Shown: positions 7,311 to 15,570 of the stretch, one piece after another
How positions within the stretch are numbered: position 1 is the first letter of the stretch
Layout: each line of letters begins with the position of its first letter
Assembly (NCBI GenBank): GCA_963752075.1
Contig: CAVVWO010000007.1
Coordinates: 137,984 to 201,983 of the forward strand
Reading direction: 5' to 3'
Origin: an uncultured Acidimicrobiia bacterium
GTDB lineage: Bacteria > Actinomycetota > Acidimicrobiia > Spongiisociales > JAENVV01
DNA length: 64,000 bases
Notes under the pieces: generated by a model
Seen by the model: only the letters and a program-made list of their open reading frames with translations
Told to the model about the DNA's origin: nothing
Databases searched by the model: none
Position numbers and translations under genes: made by a program

Positions 7311-9919
7311 CAGAAGCTCCCTTGATAGCGGCCGCCTCGACGTTCCAGCTGCGCAAGGACGCGCTCTTCAATGGAGTCGATCAGCTCATCCAGTTCCGTG
7401 AGCTTCCGCGATGTCGACTTGGCCACTTTGGCCTTCTTGGAATGGGACGCTTCGGTGGTGTCGACACCACCGGTCAGTTCTTCATCCCATTCGGTTGGAT
7501 CGATGCTGCTGCGCTGGACTGTCGTTCCCGGGGCTTTGCGAAGTCGGTCGACGCGCCGCTGAACAGGTGCTGCCGAGCTCCGCGAGGGCGGTCGACCTGG
7601 CTCCGAGGTTTCCTGCCGGCTCGACTGCCTGGTGAGCGCCGATGACTCGATGCTCCTCGGGACCACCGCCGGGCGGACTGGGGCTGTCGGCGCCGTGCTC
7701 TGGGCCGGCTCGCCTGCGGGAGCTGTTGAACGGTCAGAGAACTTGCGGTGGGTTGACGAAACTGGGACAGCTCTAGGCCGCAGGGAGGCCGGTCGCTGGG
7801 TCACCTGCAGCGCTGATCGCTGTGTTGTGTGGTGACGCGAGCCCGCCGATGCCTTGGTCCGTGTAGCTGGGTGTCGTTGTGTCGGCTCTGGCTGTCGGAA
7901 CAGGCCGTCAATGACTGGATGGCCGTGATGTGGACCGCCCTCCTCAGCTCCTCCAGGTTTCGATCTATCAAGTCGGTGTTGGTCGACGCGGGTGCCCTGT
8001 TGGGCTGATCCAGTGAGCTTCGAGACGTCTGCCGCTTCGGTTGAGCGAGCCGGCCTCCTCCGCACCGAGGTCGAACCTGGCGCGAGGGACGAGACCCTCA
8101 GAAGACCATCGGAGATAGCTTTGGGCGCCCGGAATCGCGGTCGAGCTGTAGGCGAATCCTGCCCTCCGTTTGAGAACGACGAGTGTTGAGCGGTTGGTGC
8201 GATCTTGCCGTAGCGCATGCTGGCCCGAGTGGCCTCCGGGTCATTCGGGGACACGGACGCTCGGCCCCGCCGGGAGCCGACCAGACTCGACGCGGCGGCC
8301 GAGTTCCATCTGATGGACCGTGCCACCGAGTCGAGGGAGTGGGTGAATCTGAGACGCGGCAATGGCGAGACGGCCGAGTGCTTTACGCGGCTGCCGGGGG
8401 GGAGCTCTCGGTCTCCGGGCATGTTCAACCGTCGAGCGCCTTGTCCAACTGCTTCGCTCCTCCAGGGCAAATCGCTGTGAGGAGAAGGGATAACTGATTC
8501 GGTTTGACCAGCGACACCGATGCGAGCCGTGGCTCGTGCTCTCGTCGACCGACCATCGAGCATGCGAGCTACCACGCCGGGGACTACTTCGGCTGGATGG
8601 CTGGGCCGACGATGCAAAGATCCGATCCTTGGCAGGTCGGTTCGGCTGCCGGGCGCCCCCGAAGCACTGCGTGACTGTTGGTTTGAAGGGAGGTGAATCC
8701 GCCAGTCGGCGCCCGTCGAACGAGGTGTCCGGGAAGCACCTCCGCCTGCGGAAGGCGTGCCCGTGTCAAGCGGGCCAAAGCCCCGCTCGGTCGAGCGGTT
8801 CGCACGGCGTCGGCCGGCCGTTCCTGCGGCTCGATTCGTCTGGAGACCCGAGCGAGCGGCGAGCATGCGACTCAACAGGGTCGGTTGCGTTTTCGTCTGT
8901 CGCATGGCTTCGGCCCGGTCTGTCGTGGCCGCCTTCCCGACATGGGGGAGGACGGAGTCAAGCGAAGGCACCGACGGCGGGATGGATTCCGACCTGACGG
9001 CCGCGTACCCTCGCACGACCGCCCTGGCCGCCGTACCCGGACCCACGCCGTGTGGGAACCCGTCGTCAGGCTCCCGACTCATGGATTGTGCGGAGGCGTT
9101 GGACTCCGTTCGATTCAGCTCACCGATCCTCGATCGCTGCGCCGGAGGCGATTGGTGCAGCACCGGCGAGATGTTGTCAGGGGGGCGGTGGGAAGCCCTC
9201 GAAGGTTGCTCCGGGGGTTCTGGGTTCGCGATCAGCTCCTGTGCTGGTTGGTGCCCGACCCGTTGGATCGCCTCAGCAATGGTCGCCTGCTTGGGAACGG
9301 GCGCCGCGGAAACGGTTGGCTCGAGGTCAGGACCGGTGAGCGCTGGCGGGCGACGGGTCGAACGGTCCCAAGCCGAACCCGCCGGCGATCCGACTGCCGA
9401 CAGACCCACCATGCCCGGGATCGGCATCGTCCCTGCTTTCCGGTCGCTCCGCTGTGGAGCGGCACTCCGTTGGGCATGTGTTGATTGGTGGCCACTGGAG
9501 CGGGTGGCGATGGTTTGGTTCCCACCCGCAGTATCGCGGGTACCGATAGGAGGCTGAGTCGTGCTACCCGGTCTGCTCCCCAAGGCGAGGGCAACGTTGC
9601 GGCGCGTCTGCCTTGGCCTGCTCGGGTCGATCGAAAGGGCATCGGCTACCCCGCTCGGATCGCTGCCGTCCAGTCTGAATCGGAAGAAACGTGGCGGTCG
9701 AACCTCCGCGTCGTCGGCGCCGGCGGAACTTGCCTGCCTGGCGCCTTGGATGGCGAGGGGTAGGCGTCGTCGTCCGGTCTTTGCCATCCGTGACGGCGCC
9801 GGCGCACGATGGGCGAGTCGACCTCGATTCCCGGCGGAACGAAACAGATGCTGGCGGGCTCGCGGGAGGGGCGGGAGTCCGCCCCAGCCGTCAGACGAGG
9901 GTGGTGGACTTGAAGCCAT
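7310..9919 (-). CDS. Putative tape-measure / length-determining protein, R/S/P/A/T-rich low-complexity (start uncertain; alternative ATG at 9787)
   Basis: This is an 869-codon open frame at the tape-measure position of a P2-like order (chaperone, tube2, this ORF, hub), and its stop overlaps the next start (TGATG). It has scattered xQR motifs (AIQRVG, VTQRPA, PVQRRV, TVQRSS) and a helical C-terminal tail, LTELDELIDSIEERVLAQLERRGG. No globular domain is recognised, and long open frames also arise by chance in high-GC DNA. Confidence 0.45.
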   Translation of the reverse strand: MASSPPPSSDGWGGLPPLPRARQHLFRSAGNRGRLAHRAPAPSRMAKTGRRRLPLAIQGARQASSAGADDAEVRPPRFFRFRLDGSDPSGVADALSIDPSRPRQTRRNVALALGSRPGSTTQPPIGTRDTAGGNQTIATRSSGHQSTHAQRSAAPQRSDRKAGTMPIPGMVGLSAVGSPAGSAWDRSTRRPPALTGPDLEPTVSAAPVPKQATIAEAIQRVGHQPAQELIANPEPPEQPSRASHRPPDNISPVLHQSPPAQRSRIGELNRTESNASAQSMSREPDDGFPHGVGPGTAARAVVRGYAAVRSESIPPSVPSLDSVLPHVGKAATTDRAEAMRQTKTQPTLLSRMLAARSGLQTNRAAGTAGRRRANRSTERGFGPLDTGTPSAGGGASRTPRSTGADWRIHLPSNQQSRSASGAPGSRTDLPRIGSLHRRPSHPAEVVPGVVARMLDGRSTRARATARIGVAGQTESVIPSPHSDLPWRSEAVGQGARRLNMPGDRELPPGSRVKHSAVSPLPRLRFTHSLDSVARSIRWNSAAASSLVGSRRGRASVSPNDPEATRASMRYGKIAPTAQHSSFSNGGQDSPTARPRFRAPKAISDGLLRVSSLAPGSTSVRRRPARSTEAADVSKLTGSAQQGTRVDQHRLDRSKPGGAEEGGPHHGHPVIDGLFRQPEPTQRHPATRTKASAGSRHHTTQRSALQVTQRPASLRPRAVPVSSTHRKFSDRSTAPAGEPAQSTAPTAPVRPAVVPRSIESSALTRQSSRQETSEPGRPPSRSSAAPVQRRVDRLRKAPGTTVQRSSIDPTEWDEELTGGVDTTEASHSKKAKVAKSTSRKLTELDELIDSIEERVLAQLERRGGRYQGSF
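9868..9885 (-). other. GC-rich hairpin directly after the tube-2 stop codon (possible attenuator or RNA-processing site)
   Basis: The minus strand reads GGGGCGG-ACTC-CCGCCCC, a 7-bp perfect stem with a 4-nt loop starting 5 nt after the TGA at 9891-9893. No U-tract follows. Confidence 0.3.
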
Positions 9920-10397
9920 GGTGCGCTATTTCGAGTTCTTCGCTGGCGATATCCTTCGAGGAGAGGGCGAGGTTCGGCCCGGTCCACTTGATCGGAAATG
10001 CTCTGTCGACGACCCAGGTTCGCAATACCTCGCCGCTCTTGGTCACGAGTGATATCTGCACTGGGAACCACGGGACGGCTTGGCCGGCCTCGGCCAAGCG
10101 AGCGTTCTGTTCGTATCCGCTCCCGCTGGTGATCGAGAACCAGTTGAAGAGGCCGTCGTTTTGTACGACTCCCCGTTTCAAGACGATGTTCGGCCACGTC
10201 ATGCGCCCCGGCCGTTTGTGCTCGAACTGGTTCTGGCCGCCTTCTCGGATCGTCTCTGGTTCGGCCGAAACCGACAGACCGCTCACTTCGTGGAAGGAGC
10301 CCATCCAGGTCCACTCGCGTGTCCCGCTGTAATCGATTTCGAGATCGAACGACTGTGCGGCGACGATGCTGCCCCACTTCTTGGTTCTGTCAGCCAA
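9891..10397 (-). CDS. Tube protein paralog 2 (T4 gp19 family, Afp5-like)
   Basis: FDLEIDYSG...FHEVSGLSVSAEPETIREGGQNQFEHKRPGRMTWPNIVLKRGV matches the eCIS tube family. The TTG start overlaps the upstream small ORF by 8 nt. Confidence 0.8.
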   Translation of the reverse strand: MADRTKKWGSIVAAQSFDLEIDYSGTREWTWMGSFHEVSGLSVSAEPETIREGGQNQFEHKRPGRMTWPNIVLKRGVVQNDGLFNWFSITSGSGYEQNARLAEAGQAVPWFPVQISLVTKSGEVLRTWVVDRAFPIKWTGPNLALSSKDIASEELEIAHHGFKSTTLV

Positions 10398-10563
10398 GGC
10401 GTTTCACCTCCTCCCACGCTCGCTCATTCAGGCCTGCCACTGCCCCAACCATTCGACCGCGGTCACCGTGCTCGAGGTCGAGCAGGGTGTCCATTGCCCA
10501 ATGGAGGTGGTAGCCGAGGTATGCGATCTCGGACCAGACGTCGTCTACCGCATACGTTTTCAG
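10390..10563 (-). CDS. DUF6760-like small ORF in the -1 frame of the chaperone gene (CTG start, or expressed as a frameshift extension)
   Basis: The translation LKTYAVDDVWSEIAYLGYHLHWAMDTLLDLEHGDRGRMVGAVAGLNERAWEEVKRLG resembles small proteins conserved in actinobacterial eCIS loci. There is no ATG, GTG or TTG between the upstream in-frame stop and the conserved part; only a CTG that overlaps the chaperone stop (CTGA). Confidence 0.5.
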   Translation of the reverse strand: MKTYAVDDVWSEIAYLGYHLHWAMDTLLDLEHGDRGRMVGAVAGLNERAWEEVKRLG

Positions 10564-10940
10564 GAAGCCGTTTCCGCCAATTCCTCCAGCTGGGGATCCA
10601 CGAAAGGGACTCCGTCGTCCATCTCCTCGAGTACGGCTGGGTCACCGAAATTGATGATCCCGTAGAGGTCCTGGAGATACGAAAGGTCAGCCGTGAACAG
10701 CTCCTCGATCGTCTTGGTGGTCACTTCGTCGAGGGTTCCCAGCTTGGTGATGACTCGAGAGAGGATCACCACGGTCAAGTACGCCTCGTTCTCTATGACC
10801 CGGCGATCCCGCAGCGGAGCGATCTCGTCGCGTGCGGTTGCCAGCCGCATCGTTCCCTTACGGTGCAATGTCCCGCTGGAGTCGACGTATCCCTTGGGAA
10901 GGGTGAAGCTGTACTCCGTTTGCAGGCTCACTTCGACCAC
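10560..10940 (-). CDS. Tail assembly chaperone, P2 gpE-like
   Basis: It sits between tube and tube-2/tape-measure as gpE does in P2. FTLPKGYVDSSGTLHRKGTMRLATARDEIAPL...ITKLGTLDEVTTKTIEELFTADLSYLQDLY fits the eCIS/phage TAC pattern. The start is GTG at 10940, or GTG at 10931 forming GTGA with the tube stop. Confidence 0.6.
   Translation of the reverse strand: MVEVSLQTEYSFTLPKGYVDSSGTLHRKGTMRLATARDEIAPLRDRRVIENEAYLTVVILSRVITKLGTLDEVTTKTIEELFTADLSYLQDLYGIINFGDPAVLEEMDDGVPFVDPQLEELAETAS
10602..10608 (-). other. Candidate -1 programmed frameshift heptamer C CCT TTC
   Basis: In the chaperone frame the codons are GTC CCT TTC, giving an X XXY YYZ heptamer 13 codons before the stop. A -1 slip here enters the open frame that continues into the DUF6760-like ORF. 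Confidence 0.3.
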
Positions 10941-11359
10941 TCCAGGCCCTCGTGGGTGATGACGACCTCTTCGATGGACACGTCATCGGCACCTGCATCG
11001 AGATCGGAAGCCGACCACGACTTGGGCCAGCCGTTGACGAAGTTCCACCTGGCTTGCTCAGTGCCGCCGGGATCGAACATGATGACCGAGCCGTTCTTGC
11101 GATAGCCGGCGAAGTCGCCTTGGCGTACCTGGTTGAACCAGTCGAACAGGTCAGTCGTAGCGTCGAGGCTCTTCTTGAGCGTGATCTCGCCGGTGCTGTT
11201 GTGGCCGGCGATCTTCTGCGTCACTTGCTTGCCCTGGGCGTTCACGACCTGATGTTCGATCACTTCGACCTCGGCTGACAAGCCCGATGCCTCCTTGAAG
11301 AAGGTGATCGAGCTGACCCCATCGATCTCGACAGCGAAGTTGTACGTTGTGAGTAGCAT
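10928..11359 (-). CDS. Tube protein 1 (T4 gp19 family, Afp1-like)
   Basis: MLLTTYNFAVEIDGVSSITFFKEASGLSAEVEVIEHQ...ITLKKSLDATTDLFDWFNQV is a typical inner tube sequence. The frame is intact. Confidence 0.85.
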   Translation of the reverse strand: MLLTTYNFAVEIDGVSSITFFKEASGLSAEVEVIEHQVVNAQGKQVTQKIAGHNSTGEITLKKSLDATTDLFDWFNQVRQGDFAGYRKNGSVIMFDPGGTEQARWNFVNGWPKSWSASDLDAGADDVSIEEVVITHEGLEWSK

Positions 11360-11416
11360 CTCGCTTGTGCAGTTGTCACGTGTTCTCCTCTGGTTGGTCA
11401 GTCCGCTCGATGTGGC

Positions 11417-13017
11417 TCAGGCCGCGCCGCCGGTCCATTGGCTGATGCGGAAGATGACGAACTCGGCGGGCTTCACCGGGGCGATGTCCCGATCTCGACG
11501 ATGAGCCGTCCGAGGTCGATCGACTCCGGCGGGTTGGTCTCGGCGTCGCACTTGACGAAGAAGGCCTCGTCTGGCCGTCGCGCCGAACAGTGCGCCGTCG
11601 CGCCACAGGCCCAGCAGGAAGGCGTTGATGGTGCGCTTCACCCGCTGCCCACAGGGCCTGGTCGTTCGGCTCGAAGACGACCCACTGGGTGCCCGTCCAT
11701 GATCGACGTCTCGATCATGTTGAAGAGGCGACGGACGTTGATGTAGTTCCAGCTCGGATCCGCGAGAGCGTCCGGGCGCCCCAGACGCGGATGCCCCGGG
11801 TGCCGAACGGCCGGATGCAGTTGACGCCGATCGGGTTCAGCGTGCCTTGCTCGCCCTTGGTGATCTTGCGTCTCCACACCGAGCGCACCGCGTGACGATC
11901 TCGTTGGCAGGCGCCTTCCAGACGCCGCGGGTTTCGTCGTTGCGGGCCCAGATGCCGGCCATGTGACCGCTCGGCGGCAGCATGATCGACTTTTGGGTCT
12001 TCGACGTCGCGGGGTTCATGTTGGCGACCTTGATCCACGGGTAGTACATCGCGGCGAACTTCGAGTCGTACATGGCCGTCGGAGCGCCACTCCTTGACCT
12101 GCTGTGGGTTCATGCCCGGCGGCGGATCGAGGATCGCCATCCGGTTGGCTTGACCTTCGCAGTGGGCGATCATCTGCATCTGGACGTTCTTCCAGGTCTC
12201 GTTGTCGTGAGTGCCTTCCTCGGTCGCGCGACATTCGGCAGGTCGGGCACTGCGAGCATCGTCACGTCCTCGGCGATGACAAGGCCCGAAATACCGGTGT
12301 GGTCAACTGCTTCGCCAACCACGTCCGGTGTGTCCACGGCCTCACGCTCCGGAGCGTTGCCGCCGTCCACCGTCGCCAGCTCGTAGGTGGCGACCGTCGG
12401 CATGGAGCGTCTCGTGAACTCGTTGAGCCGACGGTCACGTGTTGTGACACACCGTTGATTCGCGAGACGACGTTGTGTCCGCCTTCTGCCAGTGTCAGGT
12501 CCTCGAACGCCTCGAGCGGCTTGTCGTCTGGTTCGCCCTCGCGCTTGACGTAGACGTTGAAGGTCTTTTCGCCCTCTTCACTCTTTGTGACGTCGATCTT
12601 GATGCCTTTCGCTGCTGCACCGGTTCCGAAGGCCGTGAACTCCAATGCAGCTGGCTCTTCGATTTCGTCGTCGCTGGCCGGGAGTGCGGCCTGGGGCATC
12701 TTGCGGTGCGGAATGCGCACGATGTATGCGTTGCCGCCACCGTTGTTGAAGAAGCCGTAGACGGAATGGGGCAGAAGGGCTTCCGTCTTGTCTCCGTTGG
12801 CGTGCTCGACGGTGGTGAATCCGCCATACGCGGCCACATACTGCGCCCAGTTCGTGACAAGCCGCGGCTTGACACCTTGGGGGTCGTCCGGGTCGTCGGT
12901 CGGTGCCTTGGCGGTGAATCCCACAAAGGCAGCGACGGCAGTGCCGACGGCGGCGATCGGTTTGGAGCCTCCGTCGATCTCTTCGACATAGACGCCAGGG
13001 GTCAGATAGGTCGGCAT
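11417..13017 (-). pseudogene. Contractile sheath protein (Afp2/Pvc2-like) interrupted by at least 9 frameshifts
   Basis: Conserved sheath segments lie consecutively in alternating frames:
- MPTYLTPGVYVEEI...HSVYGFFNNGGGNAYIV
- LATVDGGNAP...MLAVPDLPN
- ETWKNVQMQMIAHCEGQANRMAILDPPPG
- YDSKFAAMYYPWIKV...GVWKAPANEIV
- ITKGEQGTLNPIGVNCIRPFGTRGIRVWGARTLS
- DPSWNYINVRRLFNMIETSIMDG
- TQWVVFEPNDQALWAAG
- VKRTINAFLLGLWRDGALFGATA
- DEAFFVKCDAETNPPESIDLGRLIVEIG
- IAPVKPAEFVIFRISQ

A strong RBS (AAGGAGGA) precedes ATG 13017. The length is 1601 nt, which is not a multiple of 3. Confidence 0.85.
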
Positions 13018-13036
13018 GCAGCTCCTCCTTGAGCGC

Positions 13037-13403
13037 TCACGGTCCGTTCACAGCCTCGATGAGGCTCGACGGTTCGAGCTCGGCGGTATACGACGCTCCT
13101 GGTCCGGCCAGCACGGTGAGTCGAGGCTCGCTGAGCGAGCAACCGATCACGACGACTGACGGGTGCTTCTGTTGCGAAGAACTGTGCGATCGCGTCCGCT
13201 CGTGGTGAGTCCGACGTCGATCACCACGGTTTCGGCTGCGGTCGACCCGCGCCGTTCTCCGCAACATGATCCTCGGAGATTCCGGCAGCCACGATCTCGC
13301 ACTGTTCCTCCAACAGCTCGCACAACCCAAGAGTTGCGATTGCACCAAAGTCGGCGATGAGGACTCGCTTCACAGCAGTTCCCTTCGCAGACAGCGGCTT
13401 CAT
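13037..13403 (-). pseudogene. Small stand-alone receiver-like (REC) protein with two apparent frameshifts
   Basis: Three consecutive frame segments together read like an atypical receiver domain: MKPLSAKGTAVKRVLIADFGAIATLGLCELLEEQCEIVAAGISEDHVAE, then AAETVVIDVGLTTSGRDRTVLRN, then HPSVVVIGCSLSEPRLTVLAGPGASYTAELEPSSLIEAVNGP. The length is 367 nt, and the gene ends 19 nt upstream of the sheath start. Confidence 0.4.
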
Positions 13404-13587
13404 CACGTGATCGACCGTATCGACCGCGAGGACCTGCCCAGGGGCAGAGGGGCAGACGTCCGTGCAGGAAGAGAACTCCGGTCGTCGCTGCCCTTTCGGG
13501 CAGACTTTTGCCCCACCACCAGGTTCCCCCTGCACGAGCGGGCGGAGGTGCGATATCGTCGAACGAGCGCAATGAGGAGGTCGTGTC

Positions 13588-14292
13588 GTGTTTCAGAGCC
13601 GAATGCGTGCCCAGCGCCCTGGTGCCGGTCAGATGGATCGCGAAGGCACGATCTCCTCCGCTCGCGAGGCGACGGCCGGCAATCGTGCCCTGGTCGGCGC
13701 CATCCAAACCAAGCTTGAAGTGGGCCCCGCTGGTGATCGCTACGAGCGCGAAGCGGATTCGGTGGCCAAAAGTGTCGTGTCGTCGCTCGGCGCAGCTCCA
13801 ACACAGCGCCAGCCTGGAGAAGAAGAGCTCATGATGAGCCGAATCCAGCGGCAGGGCATCGAGGACGAGGAGCTACTCCAGGGCAAGTGGCTGCAGCGCC
13901 AGAGTATCGAGGACGAAGAGCTCATGATGAGCCGGATTTCCCGGTCGATGGATGCTGAGCCGATTGTGGGAGCTGAAGGTGGAGGCCTCGACGCCGCGAC
14001 GGAGAGCGCCATCTCCAGCGCCCGCTCCGGTGGTCGCGGACTCGATGCCCCGGTACGTCGTGAGATGGAGTCGGCGTTCGGCGTCGACTTCTCGGGAGTG
14101 CGCGTCCACACTGGTCAACAAGCCGACTCGTTGAACTCGTCGATGCAGGCGAGAGCCTTCACGACAGGCAGCGACATGTTCATCCGCAGCAGCGATTACT
14201 CCCCGGGCACAAGATCCGGCAAAGAACTCATCGCCCACGAACTTACCCACGTGGTGCAGCAGGGCGCAGCCCGTTCGCTCGAGCAGGAGTGA
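13588..14292 (+). CDS. DUF4157 domain protein (eCIS-associated zincin-like domain)
   Basis: A GAGGAGG RBS sits 8 nt before GTG 13588. The sequence IQTKLEVGPAGDRYEREADSVA...LDAPVRREMESAFGVDFSGVRVHTGQQADSLNSSMQARAFTTGSDMFIRSSDYSPGTRSGKELIAHELTHVVQQG is the DUF4157 core with HExxH. An internal repeat reads EELMMSRIQRQGIEDEELLQGKWLQRQSIEDEELMMSRISRS. Confidence 0.85.
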   Translation: MFQSRMRAQRPGAGQMDREGTISSAREATAGNRALVGAIQTKLEVGPAGDRYEREADSVAKSVVSSLGAAPTQRQPGEEELMMSRIQRQGIEDEELLQGKWLQRQSIEDEELMMSRISRSMDAEPIVGAEGGGLDAATESAISSARSGGRGLDAPVRREMESAFGVDFSGVRVHTGQQADSLNSSMQARAFTTGSDMFIRSSDYSPGTRSGKELIAHELTHVVQQGAARSLEQE

Positions 14293-15515
14293 AGTTGAGG
14301 CGGCGCCCTCGGCACGCGCCCAACGCTCAACCGTCGCCCGTGATCGTCGGGTCGCGGTCCGAAGCTGTCAAACGTGATTCCGCACGCTCCCCCGGGATGG
14401 GGGGACCGACATCGGTCGCTTCGGTCACGCTTGATCTTGGCGCCAACTCCATCGGAAAGATGATGATTCGCCGCTTGGGTGTCGATGAGCATCCAGTCAA
14501 CTGTGCCGGACTGACAGGCATCAAGGAGTTGATGGGAGGCCACAAAGGAAAGGTCTTTCTGCTCGAGACTGCCAATCAAAAACTCGTCGTGAAGCTCCAG
14601 AACGAGCCGCCGAAGGAAGCCGTGGTCGGCACTGAGATCATGCAGCAGGCGGGCGGTAGTACACCCTCGCTGAGGGTCGGGACGGCAGGCGACCGAACCT
14701 CGATCTCTGAAGCTCTAGGAGAAATAGAAGGCTTCGAGGCGGAAAAGTCGAGCTTCCAGGCTGGATTGAAGGCGTTTCCGGAAACAGTGATCATGGAGTT
14801 CGCCGAGGCTCAGACGATCATGAGCGTCATGGACGAGACACCACTGAAGCTCCTCGCTGCGCTACGGGACAAGAGTTTCCAAAAGTCGCTCGGTGTGATC
14901 ATGGCTGCGGATGCTTTCGCTGGAAACCCCGATCGTGCCATGGCAATCCAACAAGGGAGATTTGGCGGTGGAGCCGAGCTCGAGGGCTGGTACCACGAGC
15001 AGAATCTCATGATTGCCCAAGAGCGCGACAAGGGCCCCTTCAAAGCCGTCGCAATTGACAACGCCTTCGCACCGCTGCTTTCCGTTGCCGTGAAGCCGTG
15101 GGGAATCTACGTTCAGGGAGCTGGCTTTCAGGCGGGCAGCGTTGCCGTTGCGAACCCGAAGCTGTTTCAAGAAGAAGCGTCGCTCGTGATCCGGCGCATT
15201 GTTGATGAGATTACGGCAAGGCACGGAAAAGACCCAGCTGTCAAAGAGCGGTTGAAGCGCTTTGATCGCAAGATTCCATCCATCGCCAAGGGGATGGGCA
15301 AGGGTGCAGAACAAGCGCTGGACAAACTCCTCGAGCGTGGCCAGCATTGGAAATCTCAAAAGCTCCCCCAGCTCGCTCCAACGGTCACGGAGTCTGAAAA
15401 GAAGCAGTTCAAAGAACGGAAGCGATATCTGCGACTGCTGCGTGCCGGCGTGGATCCGGTCGAGGCGAGAAGGATCGCTCTCGACGACGATGCCTACGCA
15501 CGCTTCAAAGGCTGA
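14289..15515 (+). CDS. Kinase-like protein (divergent PI3/PI4-kinase-like fold), putative CIS effector, paralog of 15571..17307
   Basis: A GTGA overlap couples it to the DUF4157 gene. Motifs are KLVVKLQNEPPKE (Lys strand), VIMEFAEAQ (hinge-like), AADAFAGNPDR ... WYHEQNLMI (split catalytic loop) and AVAIDNAFAP (DFG-equivalent). Confidence 0.5.
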   Translation: MKLRRRPRHAPNAQPSPVIVGSRSEAVKRDSARSPGMGGPTSVASVTLDLGANSIGKMMIRRLGVDEHPVNCAGLTGIKELMGGHKGKVFLLETANQKLVVKLQNEPPKEAVVGTEIMQQAGGSTPSLRVGTAGDRTSISEALGEIEGFEAEKSSFQAGLKAFPETVIMEFAEAQTIMSVMDETPLKLLAALRDKSFQKSLGVIMAADAFAGNPDRAMAIQQGRFGGGAELEGWYHEQNLMIAQERDKGPFKAVAIDNAFAPLLSVAVKPWGIYVQGAGFQAGSVAVANPKLFQEEASLVIRRIVDEITARHGKDPAVKERLKRFDRKIPSIAKGMGKGAEQALDKLLERGQHWKSQKLPQLAPTVTESEKKQFKERKRYLRLLRAGVDPVEARRIALDDDAYARFKG

Positions 15516-15570
15516 CAGTCGGCGGGTGGGTCGCTGGTGTGACTGGAGGTACGTCTACCACTCTTGATGT

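Noticed and set aside
8693-9557. Two long plus-strand ORFs (263 and 266 aa) opposite the tape-measure candidate
   Set aside because: They are R/G/P/C-rich with no recognisable motifs. They overlap each other and lie antisense to an operon-embedded ORF, which is the typical pattern of shadow frames in high-GC DNA.
10080-11105. 341-aa plus-strand ORF
   Set aside because: It is antisense to the two tube genes and the chaperone, which have clear family motifs. Its composition is shadow-frame-like.
13221-13535. 104-aa ORF taken as an intact gene
   Set aside because: Only its last ~60 codons look like protein (VKRVLIADFG...). The homology continues in two other frames, so it is treated as part of a frameshifted REC-like gene.
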